A DNA stretch of 64,000 nucleotides from Adineta vaga (taxonomy: Eukaryota > Animalia > Rotifera). Within the stretch, counting starts at the first letter, position 1. The number at the start of each line of letters is the position of its first letter. Below the pieces are notes generated by a model that was not told where the DNA came from, searched no databases, and saw nothing but the letters and a program-made list of their open reading frames with translations. The stretch is taken from NCBI GenBank assembly GCA_021613535.1, contig CP075497.1:9982001-10046000 (forward strand), in the 5' to 3' direction. Of the stretch, positions 50,840 through 64,000 are shown one piece after another. The position numbers and the translations under genes were made by a program.

Positions 50840-52303
50840 TTATTCGGCGGGTGATCTTGAACGACTGATTCGACGACCAGCAGTTCCACTACCACCACCA
50901 TTTCGTTTATTGTAATTTGGTGAGCCAGATTTGGAACGAGAACGGCTTATAGGTCTAAATAAAAAATAATAACAATGAAAATTAACGTAAGAAAAAAAAC
51001 GAAACGAAACAGAAAGCATATAATTCTTCAGTCGTCTCAGAGATCTTAGTGGATAGTTATATCGTCATTCCATCTTTTCGAAAGGTCAAGAGTAGCAACT
51101 ATTTTCTTCATCATAGTCGACCTGATCATTACAATTCATTTCAACTAAACATATAGCTTTTATTTACCGTCTTGGTACAGGTGAACGCGAATGTGGTGAA
51201 CGAGATCGACTACCAGCGCCACCAGCGCCAACACCACCACCACGGCGGCGATCTCGACTGGCTGGTGAAACACTTCGTTGACGACGATCACGACTAGAAT
51301 ATATATCTATCTTTAGCATTTAATAACCCTCAACAATGTTTTTACCTTCGTGAACGATCGCGTCGACCATGATCACCACCGCCACGTCCATGACGTGATT
51401 CCTTTTCTCTGGCTCTCATTTCCGATGGCGCTAAAAATACGACCATTAATGTTTGCTTTTTTCAAGAATATAAAAGACTTTACTTTTTCGATCACCACGT
51501 GCAAATTCAACTTCAAGTTCTCGACCAAGTAAACGATAACGATCAAGAGCATGACGTGCTTCTTCTACAAAAGAATTGTATCCTGTTTGATTATACTTGT
51601 TATTATTACAAATGATCTACACTTACCAGCATCACGACTTTCTTCGTATTCAACAAAACCATAACCTAAATAATCGAAAATTAATGTATATTTCTATGAA
51701 ACTTCAGTAATTCTTCATTTACCTTTAGCATCTCGTGTATAGTAATCTAAAGGAAGTGTAATATCAACAATACGTCCATATCGACTAAAGATTTTCTTTA
51801 AATCATCATAACTAAAAGAACAAATAGTTTTTTTTTCCAATAATTAAATCAATTACTTTAACATTATTTTTCTCATCTCGATATGCTACACATCCCACAC
51901 TCTAGAAGTAACTGAAATGCATACGTCTATTGTTTTGCTGCTGTATCATTTGTATGAGACTGTGTCATAGAACATTCTTGCTGAATTTGTTATTGAGATG
52001 AGAAGAATGAAGAAAAATTTATTGTCTTGATTTTTGCTTGAAGATTATTGAACAAAAGAAATGGGTATATGTCTGTATGAGTGTGTATCTGTGTGATTTA
52101 TTTTTTGTTGGATCACGTTTGAAACACACCTTTACAAAAAAGAAAAGATGATATAAACGATTGACAGTCTGAGAAGCTTTTCTTCAATGCGCTACTCGGA
52201 AGTGAAAAGAAAAACTTGGAGAAAATTTAACATACCGAACTTTTTCAGCAAGTCCACGAATATAAAGTGAAGCGCTAAGATTACGTTGGTGACGACCCGA
52301 CAT
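50840..52303 (-). CDS. SRSF10: Serine/arginine-rich splicing factor SRSF10/SRSF12-like
   Basis: Spliced: MSGRHQRNLSASLYIRGLAEKVRYDDLKKIFSRYGRIVDITLPLDYYTRDAKGYGFVEYEESRDAEEARHALDRYRLLGRELEVEFARGDRKTPSEMRARE plus an RS tail. PLDYYTR and GDRKTP are diagnostic of SRSF10/12. Absent from the ORF track because the exons are short. Confidence 0.9.
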
Positions 52304-52697
52304 ACTCTATGTTTTGTTAAATTTCTTGTGAATGAACAAATACTATACTATACGGATAGATAGAGGAAGAAAAGAAAGAAAGAAAGGTTAGTTGTTTCTT
52401 TTATTCCTCCACCTCCTTGCTAAATGCATTGGTGTTTTGTTGAAGAATGAAATTTTCATTGGTTAGTTTTTACAATCTCTAACATCTGGTCATTGTTTGT
52501 ATAGTCTGAACAGACGATGTATTTGTCTATAATTTTCATTCGTTCTACTAGTACATGTAATTGATTTAATTATTAGATTAGAAAGCAATATACATATTTT
52601 CATAAGCTATCTTCTGATATCCGATATATTTCATTTGTCTTTTATTTTTCTTGTAGAATCTATTCAAAAGTTTTGTTCATTATCATTCCTAGTCAAT

Positions 52698-53531
52698 ATG
52701 GAAAGTAAGTTTTAGAAAAGATAAATGAACTTTGACCTAAATCTTTCTTTCTTCTAGCTCCAAAACGAACGGCTACAACAATAACAATCTCAGAAGCTTC
52801 AGCAACATTAGCTGAATCATCTGGTGGTCTTGCATTCGAAGTTAAAATTAGTGAATCACCACGACATAGTGCGAATATTCTTCCACCGTCACATTTTCTT
52901 TCACCAAGTGCAAAAGGAAATCAAAATGATTCAGCCATACCCTTAACACCTGAAAGTATTATAGAAAAATTAAAACGTGCTGAAGACCGTCGTCTTAGTT
53001 TGGAACAACTTCGTGCAACATTACTTGCAGCAGAAAATAATCGTCCCAACGAAGTTATTAAAATTAAAGATCAACAAGCTGAAGGTTAGTTACATTCGTC
53101 TATGATTGATTAGATTGATTGTTGTTTTTCGAACTTATAGAATTTAGAAAGCAAACCGAAGAAAAATTACAGAAAAAACTCGAATCAGCTAAAGAAAATC
53201 GTGAACGAGTTTTACAATCTAAAGTTGAAAAGGCTAAAGCACCGATTGAAAAAGGTCTTGCTACTGTTCAACAAAATTTAGCTAAACTTGAAGAAGAACG
53301 ACAATTATTACAAGAAAAAATCAATCAAAAATTAAATACTGCTGAAACAAGTAAAGCAAATCAATGATACGATTGTCAAACTAATTGTTTTTTTTCTTCT
53401 CTTTATTCTATTAAGATCGACAAGAGCAATTGGATCGCTTAATGGAAAAACTTAATGAACACGATAAAAAAATTGAAGCGATTAAAAGTCAAACCAAATC
53501 AGATATTCTTCTCAACGAAGAAACGATTTAA
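52698..53531 (+). CDS. STMN: Stathmin family microtubule-destabilising protein
   Basis: ESSGGLAFEVKISESP...LTPESIIEKLKRAEDRRLSLE...KLQKKLESAKENRE...KINQKLNTAETNRQEQLDRLMEKLNEHDKKIE matches the stathmin-like domain. Confidence 0.85.
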
Positions 53532-53827
53532 ATGAACTTCAGATCAATCTTTCTTTCTGTATAAAAATACGAAATTCTTATTTTTACTATCTCTGTGATT
53601 TCTTTGTCTTCTAATCAAAATAATTGATATTTTCTTATATACTATAACATGAAATGTCTTTTGTCAGAAATATATCTTCTATTTTGTACAATAAAATATT
53701 ATTCTTTTCTTTTCAATTTCTTATTGAGTTGACAAAGAATGTTAATTGATTGATCTGATCTAATAAAAAAGATTAAAGTAGCAATGAGAAAAATCTTTTC
53801 TAGATTTTAAATCAATACAAAAAATTC

Positions 53828-56800
53828 ATGTCAGACTTTGTTGGTGAAAATCAAAAAGTGTAAGATATTCTCGACTATCTTATTCATTTCTTCGTCATAT
53901 CTCTTATTCGTATTTCAGTTCATCTCTTTCGAAAGATATTGATTCATTATTAGACGAATGTGATCTCCCATCATCATCTATTGACGATCTTCTATTTGAT
54001 ATTCCAGCATTAACAGCACTTCCTAGTCTTGAAAGTATCCTTCATGAACATGATCCAACATTAGATAATTTATCTCTCTCATCAGCAACAACACAAAATC
54101 AACCACTTCAACAATATGATGAAAGATCAACACAGAACTTACCTAACCTTCATTCTCTTCATCCATCATCTGCATCCTTTGATTCTCTACTTGATATTTC
54201 TAATCAACCGCTTGATAATTATATTTTGAAGATTCATCATCAACAACAACAAGATGCAGCAAGTGGAGATGAACTATTTGTTGAAATTCCTAAACATAAT
54301 CAAATTAATCATGGTTCATTATTAAAAATTATTGAATTACAAACGATATCGAATCAATTAATACTCTGTATGGAACGTACAAATTATGGTAATCCAACTA
54401 CTATTGATGTATCAGCTAATCGTTTGATAGGTATTGGTACAAGTAAAAGTGTTGTTCTTCTATTTGAACATCACAATCAAACATTAAAACATTGTTTAAA
54501 TAGTGATATAACGAATGGTGCTGTTTCAGCTTTGAATTTTAACAGTGATTCAACACGTATCTTAGTTGGTTATGCTCGTGGACGTATTCAAATGTATGAT
54601 TGTTCAAATGGAAAAATTTTACGAAGAATCAATAGTGATATTCATGCACCTGATACAGCAATATTAAATATCAAGTTTACTCATGATCCAACAGCTGCTC
54701 TATTTAGTGATAGTGGTGGAAGTGTTTATGTTTTACAATTTACTCGTAGTTTTAAACGTGGATATGAATCAAAATGTCTTTTTTCAGGTAGTCGAGGAGA
54801 AGTATGCACGATTGAACCACTTCTATTCAATCGACAATCAGAATTATTAACAACAGATACGAATGAAAAAATCGAACAACATCCATTAAAATCGATGTAT
54901 CTAGTAGCACTAGCAACATTTACCAAAGTTTTTCTATTAGCATTAAAATCACAAAGTAATGTAAAAATTTTACATGTTCAACGTTTAATTGGAAGTAATA
55001 CAACATTACCTATACTTAAATGGCAATTTATTATTGTTAAAATTAGTGATGAAATCAATTGTGTTAATCCAGTTCTTGCAGCTGTTCGTGGTAAACAATG
55101 TACTTTCTTTCAAGTATGTCATTTTCATTTGTAATAATATTTTCTCCACAGAAATATCTAGATTCAACATGAACGTGATGATGAAGTACAACTAACACAA
55201 ATAAAACAGATTAATGTTGATTATGATATAAAATCCTTCTGTTGGTTAAATGCACGAACGTTCATCTTGTTTGATATGTCAGAACGTGCACATGTAATGT
55301 AAGTAAATACATTCACAGAAGTAATCAATTTTACATGCCATATTATTTCTTTTAGTGATCAACGTTCTGCAGATCAATTAGAATGTTTATCATTATCTCA
55401 TTGTGAATTGATTTATAATACGATATTTTTCAAATCATTAGCAACAGGTGGCAATGTTTCATCAGCATTTGCATTAGCTGGTCAAAATGCTTGTTATCAA
55501 ACATTAATATCTAATCAAGGTCGAATATTTCTACTTGGAACTCATATGCTCTTTGAAATTCGTTTACGTGATTGGTCAGAACGTATTGATTATTATATTG
55601 AAAATGATAAACATCAGTATGATCAAGCTCTTGAACTTGCTTATTCAATGTTAGTTGGAAAAGCCAAAGGATTAACTGGTAAGTTCGTTTTCTTGATCGA
55701 ATATTCATGAAAATCTTTTCTAATCGAACAACTAAAAGGTTTATCAATTGATCCATTAAAACGTCGTCAATGTATTTCTGATTGTATGGTTTCATTACTT
55801 CAATCGTATTTAAAATATTCTCTTAATCACGAATGTCCTCAATCAGGTAAAATTGATGTACTTAAACAACATTATCGAAATGTTTTACCACGTTCCATTG
55901 ATTATTGTTTATTAATCGATCGTTTGGATTTATTATTTGGTCTTATTTATGATCTTTTCTCTAAAGATTCAATTGCACATGGTATTTATTTACAATGTTT
56001 AGAACCGTATATATTAACGAATCGTTTTGATACAATATCGCCGATTGTTTTGAAAGATTTCATCAATTATTATGTGGAAAATAATCATTTAAATCAATTA
56101 GAAAATTGTTTAAATCGTTTAGATGTTTCATGTCTTGATCTTGATCAAATTATACAAATAACACGAAAACATGAACTTTATATGACATTATTACATATTT
56201 ATAGTGAAGCATTCAAAGATTTTACAACAATTTTAAAAGAAATTCTTGAAAAATTAGAAGATGATTTTGCTCGGAATAATGGTAAAGCAAATCAATTGAT
56301 TTAATTCATCTTACATTTGTTCTTTAGGTACTGGTTATAGTTCGAAAATGATTGCAATTGGTAATCAAGCACTTGTTTTTCTTCAAACAACATTAATTGG
56401 TGATATTTATCCATATGGTGGTCGTCTTTCACCTGACCTAGCACATTATGGACGTAATCAAATCATTGATTTTCTTTCCTATTTACATCCACGTCAAACA
56501 GGTGGTTTACTCTATACAAATCTTCGAGTATTTCTTCATTTTAATACACGAGATTTTTTCAATTTATTAACAATGGCATTTGATAATGAAGAATTTCTAC
56601 ATGATGTTGATACATCCAAACGGCGAGCATTTTGCGATATTCTATTACGTGTTATGGTTGATGATGTACAATTTTCTTCGAATCAAATTAGTATTCTTTT
56701 TAATTTTCTATCGAGACAATTAGCTAAAGTTGGTCAACAACATATATTCGTTCAAGGAATGTTATTTGAACAAGTAAGAATTTTTATTCGTCGATAAACG

Positions 56801-59800
56801 AATGTGATTTTAGAGTTAAGAGAGAAAGTTTAGAAGAATGTTTTTCAAGAGGTAAATTATCTTCGAAACCTCGACAACGATTAGGACCGAAATATAATAT
56901 ACACATTTCTTCTTGTTGATTGTATGAATGCATAGTCGTATCTTTTATATGTTGAAATGTTAATGTACTTAAACGATGATCGTCTTTGGAATTATAGAAT
57001 TGTTTTTCATAGAAGATTTCATTTGATTTCGTCAGATGAATTTGTTGTTGTGGTGTATTAGAAGGATATGCATCCATTGCAAGTTTTCTAGAAATATACT
57101 AGAAATATTGATGATATGTATTCGAAGGGCTAACCTTTCAATAGATTATCATGCGTTATTGTGTTTAAAGCAGTTTGGGAGATCATTCTACCATGATATT
57201 CAGCCATTGATTCCGTTTGTTGACTGGTATTTTCGATATTTGTTGCAATGGATTGATTCCAAATATAAGGACTTTGTTGAGATGATGCGATTGATTGAAT
57301 TGATTTTGCTAATTGAAAAAAAAAAGAAAATCAAGTCATTCTCTAGAATGAAATTAACACGAACATTGATCAATGCTTTTTAAGAAATCATTTCGATCTT
57401 TTTCATCTAGAATATTTCGAATAAAAAATTTTTCTTCTACGAATATTTTTCAATTTACTCGTCATTGCTAAAATTAAATTCGATTGTTCAGATGTTAATT
57501 GATTCTTATCGAGAAGAATCAAATATTGTTCTCGTTTATTTTCATTTGAAGTTTCAATCTTTTTCACTACTCGATCGGATCCTTTTAATGATGGATCAAT
57601 GATCATAAAGATAGTTTTTGAATCATCGAATCTCTTTGGAAAAATTTCTTCGTTTGTCTCCATCGGTTCGGATGCATCAATTGATGAGAGAACATTTTTT
57701 GCTGTTCGTTGCCATATTGGTGCTAAAAGATTCTTTCCTTCAAAAGCCATCAATGTTGGAATAGTTCGAACATGATAATATTCAGCTAATTTCATTGCTT
57801 GTTCAATATTTACTTCGTATAAATAAATTCGATCTTTATTATTTCGTGCCCATTGACGAAGACCAGGTATTGTTCGTTTCGAATACGGACAATATCGACC
57901 ATGAAAGAGAAGAATAGATATAAGTTTTATATTTTGTTCGACAGAATTTTGTAAATCATCAAATGTTTTTATAGAAGAGATATTATCTGTAGGCAATGTA
58001 ATATCATCGTCATCATTAGATAGGTTTTCTTGATGGATATTCTCAGTTTTTCTAAGATGATTTTCTTCGATGATTTCCGTTGTAATTTTACGATTTTCAT
58101 CTGAAATAATTATCTTCTCTTTCTAAGAGATAAAAAAACGATTTCACAAGAAATTCGTTACAAAAATTACATACATCATTGATAATACTTTTCTTTTTTT
58201 CTACCTTTGCTGGTTGAATCGTTGTCTTCTTCTTCTTCTTCTTTTTATCTTTTCGACAACAGCCCATAGAAATTCGACTTGATCATTAAATATAAATAAA
58301 AACTTTCTTGAAGCGCGTATATTGTTATTATTTCTTCTAGGTTCTCGAATATCTTTGTAAATCAGTGTTAACATCAATCAATGATAATGATGACAGCAAA
58401 GATGAACGTGAACAAGCATTACTCGATGTTATTCAAGCAGCTGGTTTACAAGCATTTGACCTTGATCGTTTATTGAAACTTGCTCGTCAAGCACAATTCT
58501 GGCGTGTTTGTGAAATAATTTATGCGGAAAGAAATGAATATGATCTTATACTTGAATGTTATTTGAATGATCGACGACGAAAATTGAATTTATTTCGTTA
58601 TATTCGAACATTATGGCCGGCATTAAATGAACGTGAACGTGAAAAAGTTCAAAAGAAGATGATGGATTATTTTATACAAATAATTGAAACAGATTCGTTC
58701 AAAGCTTTTAAATTATTTTGTGTATTTTTTCAAATGGATTTAGGAAAAGTTTTAAAGTTAATTGGAAAAAATGAAACAACACAATATGAATTTTTAAAAG
58801 TACGTAAGACTCAAGTTACATTTTCAATCTTACCTAATTCATTATCTTCTCTTCTAGAGTTGTTTTGCATATTCTGATGATACAAAATCATCTTCTCCTC
58901 CTATTCAGATCGATCCATCACATTATTTACATTATATTGATTTACTTGCACGCTATGATCCATCTCATTTATTATCATTTTTAAAAAGTAAATCTGAACA
59001 TTATCGTGAACAAGATGTTCTTGATATAATACAAAAATATCACGCGACATTATTAATACCATCGATTGCTTATTTACTTGAACGTCTTGGACATTATACG
59101 GAAACTTTTGATCTTCTTTTAAAATCAATGCATTCTTGGCAAACGATCGATCAATTGTATCAAATGGCATTGGATTGTGTTCATTTTTGTCAACGTACAA
59201 CAATTAAATTGAAAAATAAAAAAGAACGTGAAGATTTATGGTTAAAATTTCTTCAAACAATTTTAGAAATTTCATCGAAATCTTTTGATTCAGAACAATC
59301 AGGTGCATTTCGTCGTATCTTCGGTGAAATATTAAATAGTATGATTGGATATGTAACATTACCATCGATTTTGGAATTAATCATGGGTACTGATGCTGTT
59401 GATATAACTAAAGGTATTCGAAAACGATCAGATACAAATATACGTAGTACATTTGAAATTCGTCAATTAATTCAATCAATGTTAGAAAATTGTTCATTTG
59501 AATTGCGTTTATTAGAAACAACTCGACGTTTATTACAACGTGATTTAAATGATGATATACAACAAATGTGTACAATGATTAATCGTAGTGTACCAATTCG
59601 TATGAATCAATGTACATATTGTCAAAAACTACTTCATCAACCACAGCAAGATTCCAATAAAACTAAACAAAAGAATAAATTTGTTATCTTTGCTTGTCGA
59701 CATGTTTTTCATTTACATTGTTTAATTGAAATTCAAACTGACCAATCAAACAATAATTTCTGTCCACAATGTACAACAAGTCAATCTTCATCATTAACAT

Positions 59801-60084
59801 CAGCAACAAATACACCACCAATCGTACGACCAGAATTAAGACGACTTACAACAGTACATAATGATCATAATGAGAAACAACTTGCTTTGAATAATATTCA
59901 ACAACAAGTTATTTCAACGATTTTAGAAAGAAAACGTGTAAATGTTCATCGTTTGAATACCAATGACGATGATGATCATCAAAAGATTCTTGAAACATCA
60001 ATTCAAAATCCATTTTTATCATCCACATCTGTTTCATTACAATTACCTGACAAATGGCGAGAATATCTTTCATCAACCGAATGA
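53828..60084 (+). CDS. VPS8: Vacuolar protein sorting-associated protein 8 (CORVET subunit)
   Basis: N-terminal propeller (IGIGTSKSVVLLF, FSDSGGSV, CLFSGSRGEVC), FKSLATGGNVSSAFALAGQNACYQ, LQCLEPYIL, EREQALLD and the C-terminal RING CTYC...FACRHVFHLHCL...CPQC. Confidence 0.93.
56784..58267 (-). CDS. Nested antisense gene: thioredoxin-fold protein (CPYS motif) with MGCC-polylysine N-terminus; 3' exons uncertain
   Basis: Lies inside the VPS8 intron 56774-58340. Exon 1 MGCCRKDKKKKKKKTTIQPAK(VEKKKSIIND) splices in phase 0 into the exon containing ISILLFHGRYCPYSKRTIPGL...LYEVNIEQAMKLAEYYHVRTIPTLMAF, a Trx fold with the cis-Pro motif IPT. I could not resolve the frame of the exons below ~57400. Confidence 0.8.
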
Positions 60085-60622
60085 TTAAGTTTCTTCATCG
60101 TGCAATGATTTCTTTTTCAATTCAAAACAATATGTTTTATCTATTGCATTTAATTTATTTGTTTTTCTTCAAATAATTTAGTCTTTCATTTCGAAATTCG
60201 TCTGACTATCCAATCTTTACGTATATATATATTTATGTTTCTGATTTCTATTCTTATTTTCTAGTGCTGATTTGATTCCAAATAAATCTTTCATTCTGTT
60301 GTGTGATTGATTTTTTTGCTGCTAGAATTTGTAAAACATATATCCCAAACGAAAAACTAAACAAAAGCACACAATATACAAACATAGAATATTGGAAGAC
60401 AGAAAAAAGACGAACAAAACACTTTTAAACATATTGTTCTTTCTTCATGACATTTAAACGAAATAGAATAAAGAATCGTTTAAGAAAATAAAGAATATAA
60501 CTTCTATGGAATGTAAACAAGATAATATAATACCGTTTAAAGACAAATATTCGAATAAATGCACAAGGTCAGACTTTGGCAAAAGCGAGAAAGAAAAAGA
60601 AACATGATTTTTATTTTACATT

Positions 60623-62343
60623 TTACAATCCAAGACGAGCAAAAGCCATTTGCTTTCGAAGTTCGATTATTTTATTATATCGACTACGAGCTAGAAAAAG
60701 AACGTTATTCCAATGAAAAATACTTTATCTTCTCCACTTTCAATTCACTTACTATCACTTTTCACAAGTCCCGATTGCACATGACGAATAAACGTAAAAA
60801 AATCACATACAGCTGCTATCTATTAGAAATTTAATCAATGATCACATGAATATATATATATATACATATAACAATGAAATCATACTCGATTTCGAGATAA
60901 ACGTGATATCGGATACCATTCACCATTTTCACCTAATCGAACACGATAATTACATTGACATAAATCACCTGTTAATGAACAAATTCTAAAACAATGAAAG
61001 AATACATTTCCATTCGAATCTTTTCGTACACACTAAAAAAAGAAAAGAACAAAACTTACTTCATATTTTCATCAATTGTTCTCATATGACATGTTTCCAT
61101 TGTCACATCATTTTGTTCGATAGCTGTAAGAATCTTTGATGATAACTATTCAATCACAAAAAAAGAGAAATAATTCAATTGAATCTTTTCAATATCATTT
61201 TCTTACATCCGAATTTGGAAATGTTAAACATGGAGATATATCTTCACCATAAACTCGATGCATAAATGCAGATAAATCTTGACCAATCGATGGTTTTTCT
61301 TCCCAACGAGCAAATTCTCGTAATAATACATTATCAACCTATAAGAAAAAAAATCATTCAATTCAATTTATCAAAGCAAATTATTCATGCTATATATAAA
61401 TGAAAGTTATTAGTTTGCGCTTAATTAAAGCCTTCTTACCATAGGCCAATCATCCTATGTATTAATATGATTAAATAGAAATGATAAAAATAAGATTTCT
61501 AGAAAAACAAATATATATATATATATATTTATCTATTACTTACAACATTTGTATCGGTTTGAAGTGAGATTTCAATCGATGATAATGATTGTTGTAGATC
61601 TGATGATGAACGTTTATGAAGTTTTTCTCGTACCATCTGACGAATACTTGATTGTGGAGGTTGTAGTAGTTGTTGTTCGGTGGAGGATATTGTAGATATT
61701 AAAGGAATAGAACGATTAGTAAAGGAGGAAGATGAACGACAATTATTTATAATTTCTTTTAATTCACTGACAGTCTTTTTTAATTGAGTATTTTCGACAA
61801 CAAGTGCATCGACCTAAGAGAAGAAAATTTCTTTTCAAATTCTTTTTTTCTTTTCAAATTATTTACTGTTTGATTGGCAGTTTTAAGTCTTTGTTCAGCG
61901 TTGGCTTGTGCATATTTAGCTTGTTCGACCATGGAATGTGCAGACTAATAAAAGTATCAATAGAAACAATTGACGAGTTTTTTTGAACATTACTTCGAAT
62001 AAAGATGCAGTTAGATCTTCAATTTCTCGATCGGTATTTTGTCTCATTTCATGAGCACGTTGAATTTGTTCATCTTTTGTTCTTAAATCATCTTTTACTT
62101 TTTGTAATTCATCCAGTAATGTTGTAGCTGATGATGAATGTTCGAGTGATTCAGATGATGGACCAACAACATTATCAATACTAAATGCTCTGTAAATATT
62201 GTCCAAATCAATTAATCTTTCGAATTAAAAGGAAAAATAAATACATACGAATCAACACTATTGGCATCACTAATGTCACTACGATGATCAGGTATGGAAT
62301 CGCTTGGATGATTATTATTGGACGTTTGTTCCATCATCATCAT
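60623..62343 (-). CDS. RAB3IP: Rabin8/RAB3IP (Sec2-family Rab GEF)
   Basis: REIEDLTASLFESAHSMV (Sec2 coiled coil), EDISPCLTF, ICSLTG...YRVRLGE...ISRLSRNRIAAVCDFFTFIRHVQSGLV and ELRKQMAFARLGL*. The start is taken at the MMMMEQ run; an upstream coding exon is possible. Confidence 0.9.
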
Positions 62344-64000
62344 CTTGAAGAAAACTACAAGTGGGAATAGTGACGCTTCGTTTTATGCTTCAATGAGCAA
62401 AGTAAAGGAAAGAAAATAAAAACGTTGTACGGATTGTATGTTAAGTATCTAAAGAAGAAAAAAAATAGTTTTCTTTTTCGAAATAAAAAAAAAGGTCTAT
62501 GCTATTCTTGTTCTTTTTTTTTGCTATATGAAAATGTCTTATCAATTTTATATTAAAAAAGAAAGACGAAAGAAAATAAATCATGCATAATCTACGATTG
62601 AATTTCCCTCCGGATTCTACGACATATCGATAGAAAATGATTATATAAATACTTTCTTTATTCGAGAAAAATCATCATTAGACTCAACGTCATTGTTGAT
62701 ATAAATAATGATTCATTTAATGTCAAAAAATTCCTTGTTTTTTTAAAAGTATATTCCTTATCAAGGATTATTTAAAATGCAAAAAAAAACAAATGATAAT
62801 GACGTCGAAGAATTTAATGAAACAAAACAATATAGAAAAAAAAACGAGAGAATAGAGAAAAAAAATTGGCTAGTGCACACACATGACAACCTCGCTCATG
62901 CATCTACTTAGTCGCATACTTTCTGTCTTCCTGAAGAACGAACGAACAAACGAAAGAGAAAAGAAAATGTGAATCATAATTACTTATTCACCATTCATGA
63001 TTTGAGAAGATAGATGGGAGTAGTTCATCATTTACCTTTTCTTTTTTCTTTCATTCATTCTTGATTCTCAAATGATGGTAATTAACAGAACAGTATAACG
63101 TATCGACAAACAAGGTCGTGTCTTTCTTTTCTAGTCATGAGAAATTGATTTCTTGCTATATCAATGTCATATGTCTAGTTTTAAAAATATGGAATTTGAT
63201 GGTTTCGTATTAACAATAAATTTGCGAAAACTTGAACAATTGCTGTTTTCTATTTTGTTTTGATTGTTGACTAAAGCAAAAGAAAAAGAAGTACATATCC
63301 TTGGAAAAAAGAACGAAATTATTTATAAAACATAAGATTTCTTTTATTTATTCATTTATGTTTTAAAAATAAATCGACTATTTTGGTTGGCATGAAATGA
63401 TGATCTTGAAAATTTAAAGTTTTCTTTTTACAAAATGTCGCGTATATCATACATCATCGCACTTTCTTATATTCAATCAATGTTTTCACACTTATGCTCT
63501 CTGCCATTGTCGTTTTGTTCTTTTTTCTTCTCCTTAACAATAACAGAATTATAGCAACACATAGTTTTCTCTTTAAGTGACGCTTACTACTGGCATCGTT
63601 TTTCAAATCAATAAAGAAAAATCTGAACAGGACATCTGAAAAGAAGGAAAAAAAAGGTCTATATTTTCTGGATGTTGTTACACGTTCAAAAGTAAACATC
63701 ATTGATCAAGGCATTTTTTTTCTTCATATTTGTAACTAAACATGTGCATAATCTAATATATTTTTCTGATTAGAAAATAAGTCGAAGCTAATTTTCATTT
63801 TTTCGAAAACGAATATTTAAATTGAGATAATGACTTAAATGCAAGTACGAAAATGTTTTGTTCGTTGTTTTATACCTTGAAGCAATTGGAGAAAAATGAG
63901 AGATGAAGAAAAAAAAAGAAGAAAGAAACCATTTGTTATTCAAACTCTTTTTTTTCACTTTTCTCATTTCATTTTTAACGTTTTAAACACTGTCATTTCA

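Noticed and set aside
63454-63702. ORF possibly containing an upstream RAB3IP exon (MAESISVKTLIEYKK)
   Set aside because: The donor is weak (gtgcga) and linkage to 62343 cannot be supported without transcripts.

Overview
AT-rich, gene-dense eukaryotic DNA with many short (about 50-70 nt) GT-AG introns and frequent CGT/CGA Arg codons. This fits a bdelloid rotifer, which is an inference from composition and architecture only. I assembled the genes by hand across introns. In order: the 5' end of a signal-peptide/neuropeptide-precursor-like gene (-), a CD225/dispanin gene with an apparent frameshift (-), Furry (-), a C6orf163-like coiled-coil gene (-), a WD40 gene (-), DZIP1 (-), SID-1 (+), a calmodulin/myosin-light-chain-like gene (-), a PLXDC-like gene (+), two tandem ABCB1/P-glycoproteins (+), SRSF10/12 (-), stathmin (+), VPS8 (+) with a nested antisense thioredoxin-fold gene, and Rabin8/RAB3IP (-). 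Four observations stand out. (1) A ~780-bp near-identical tract, introns included, is confined to NBD1 of two otherwise diverged ABCB1 paralogs and carries an X-loop deletion. (2) A ~1-kb hAT-like foldback MITE has a palindromic hairpin-type scar between its TSD and left TIR. (3) A nested gene encodes a predicted acylated CxxS thioredoxin. (4) Tightly packed co-oriented genes have splice acceptors just upstream of their ATGs, a possible trans-spliced operon headed by an RFX X-box. No searches were run; family calls rest on recalled motifs, and exon boundaries are manual.
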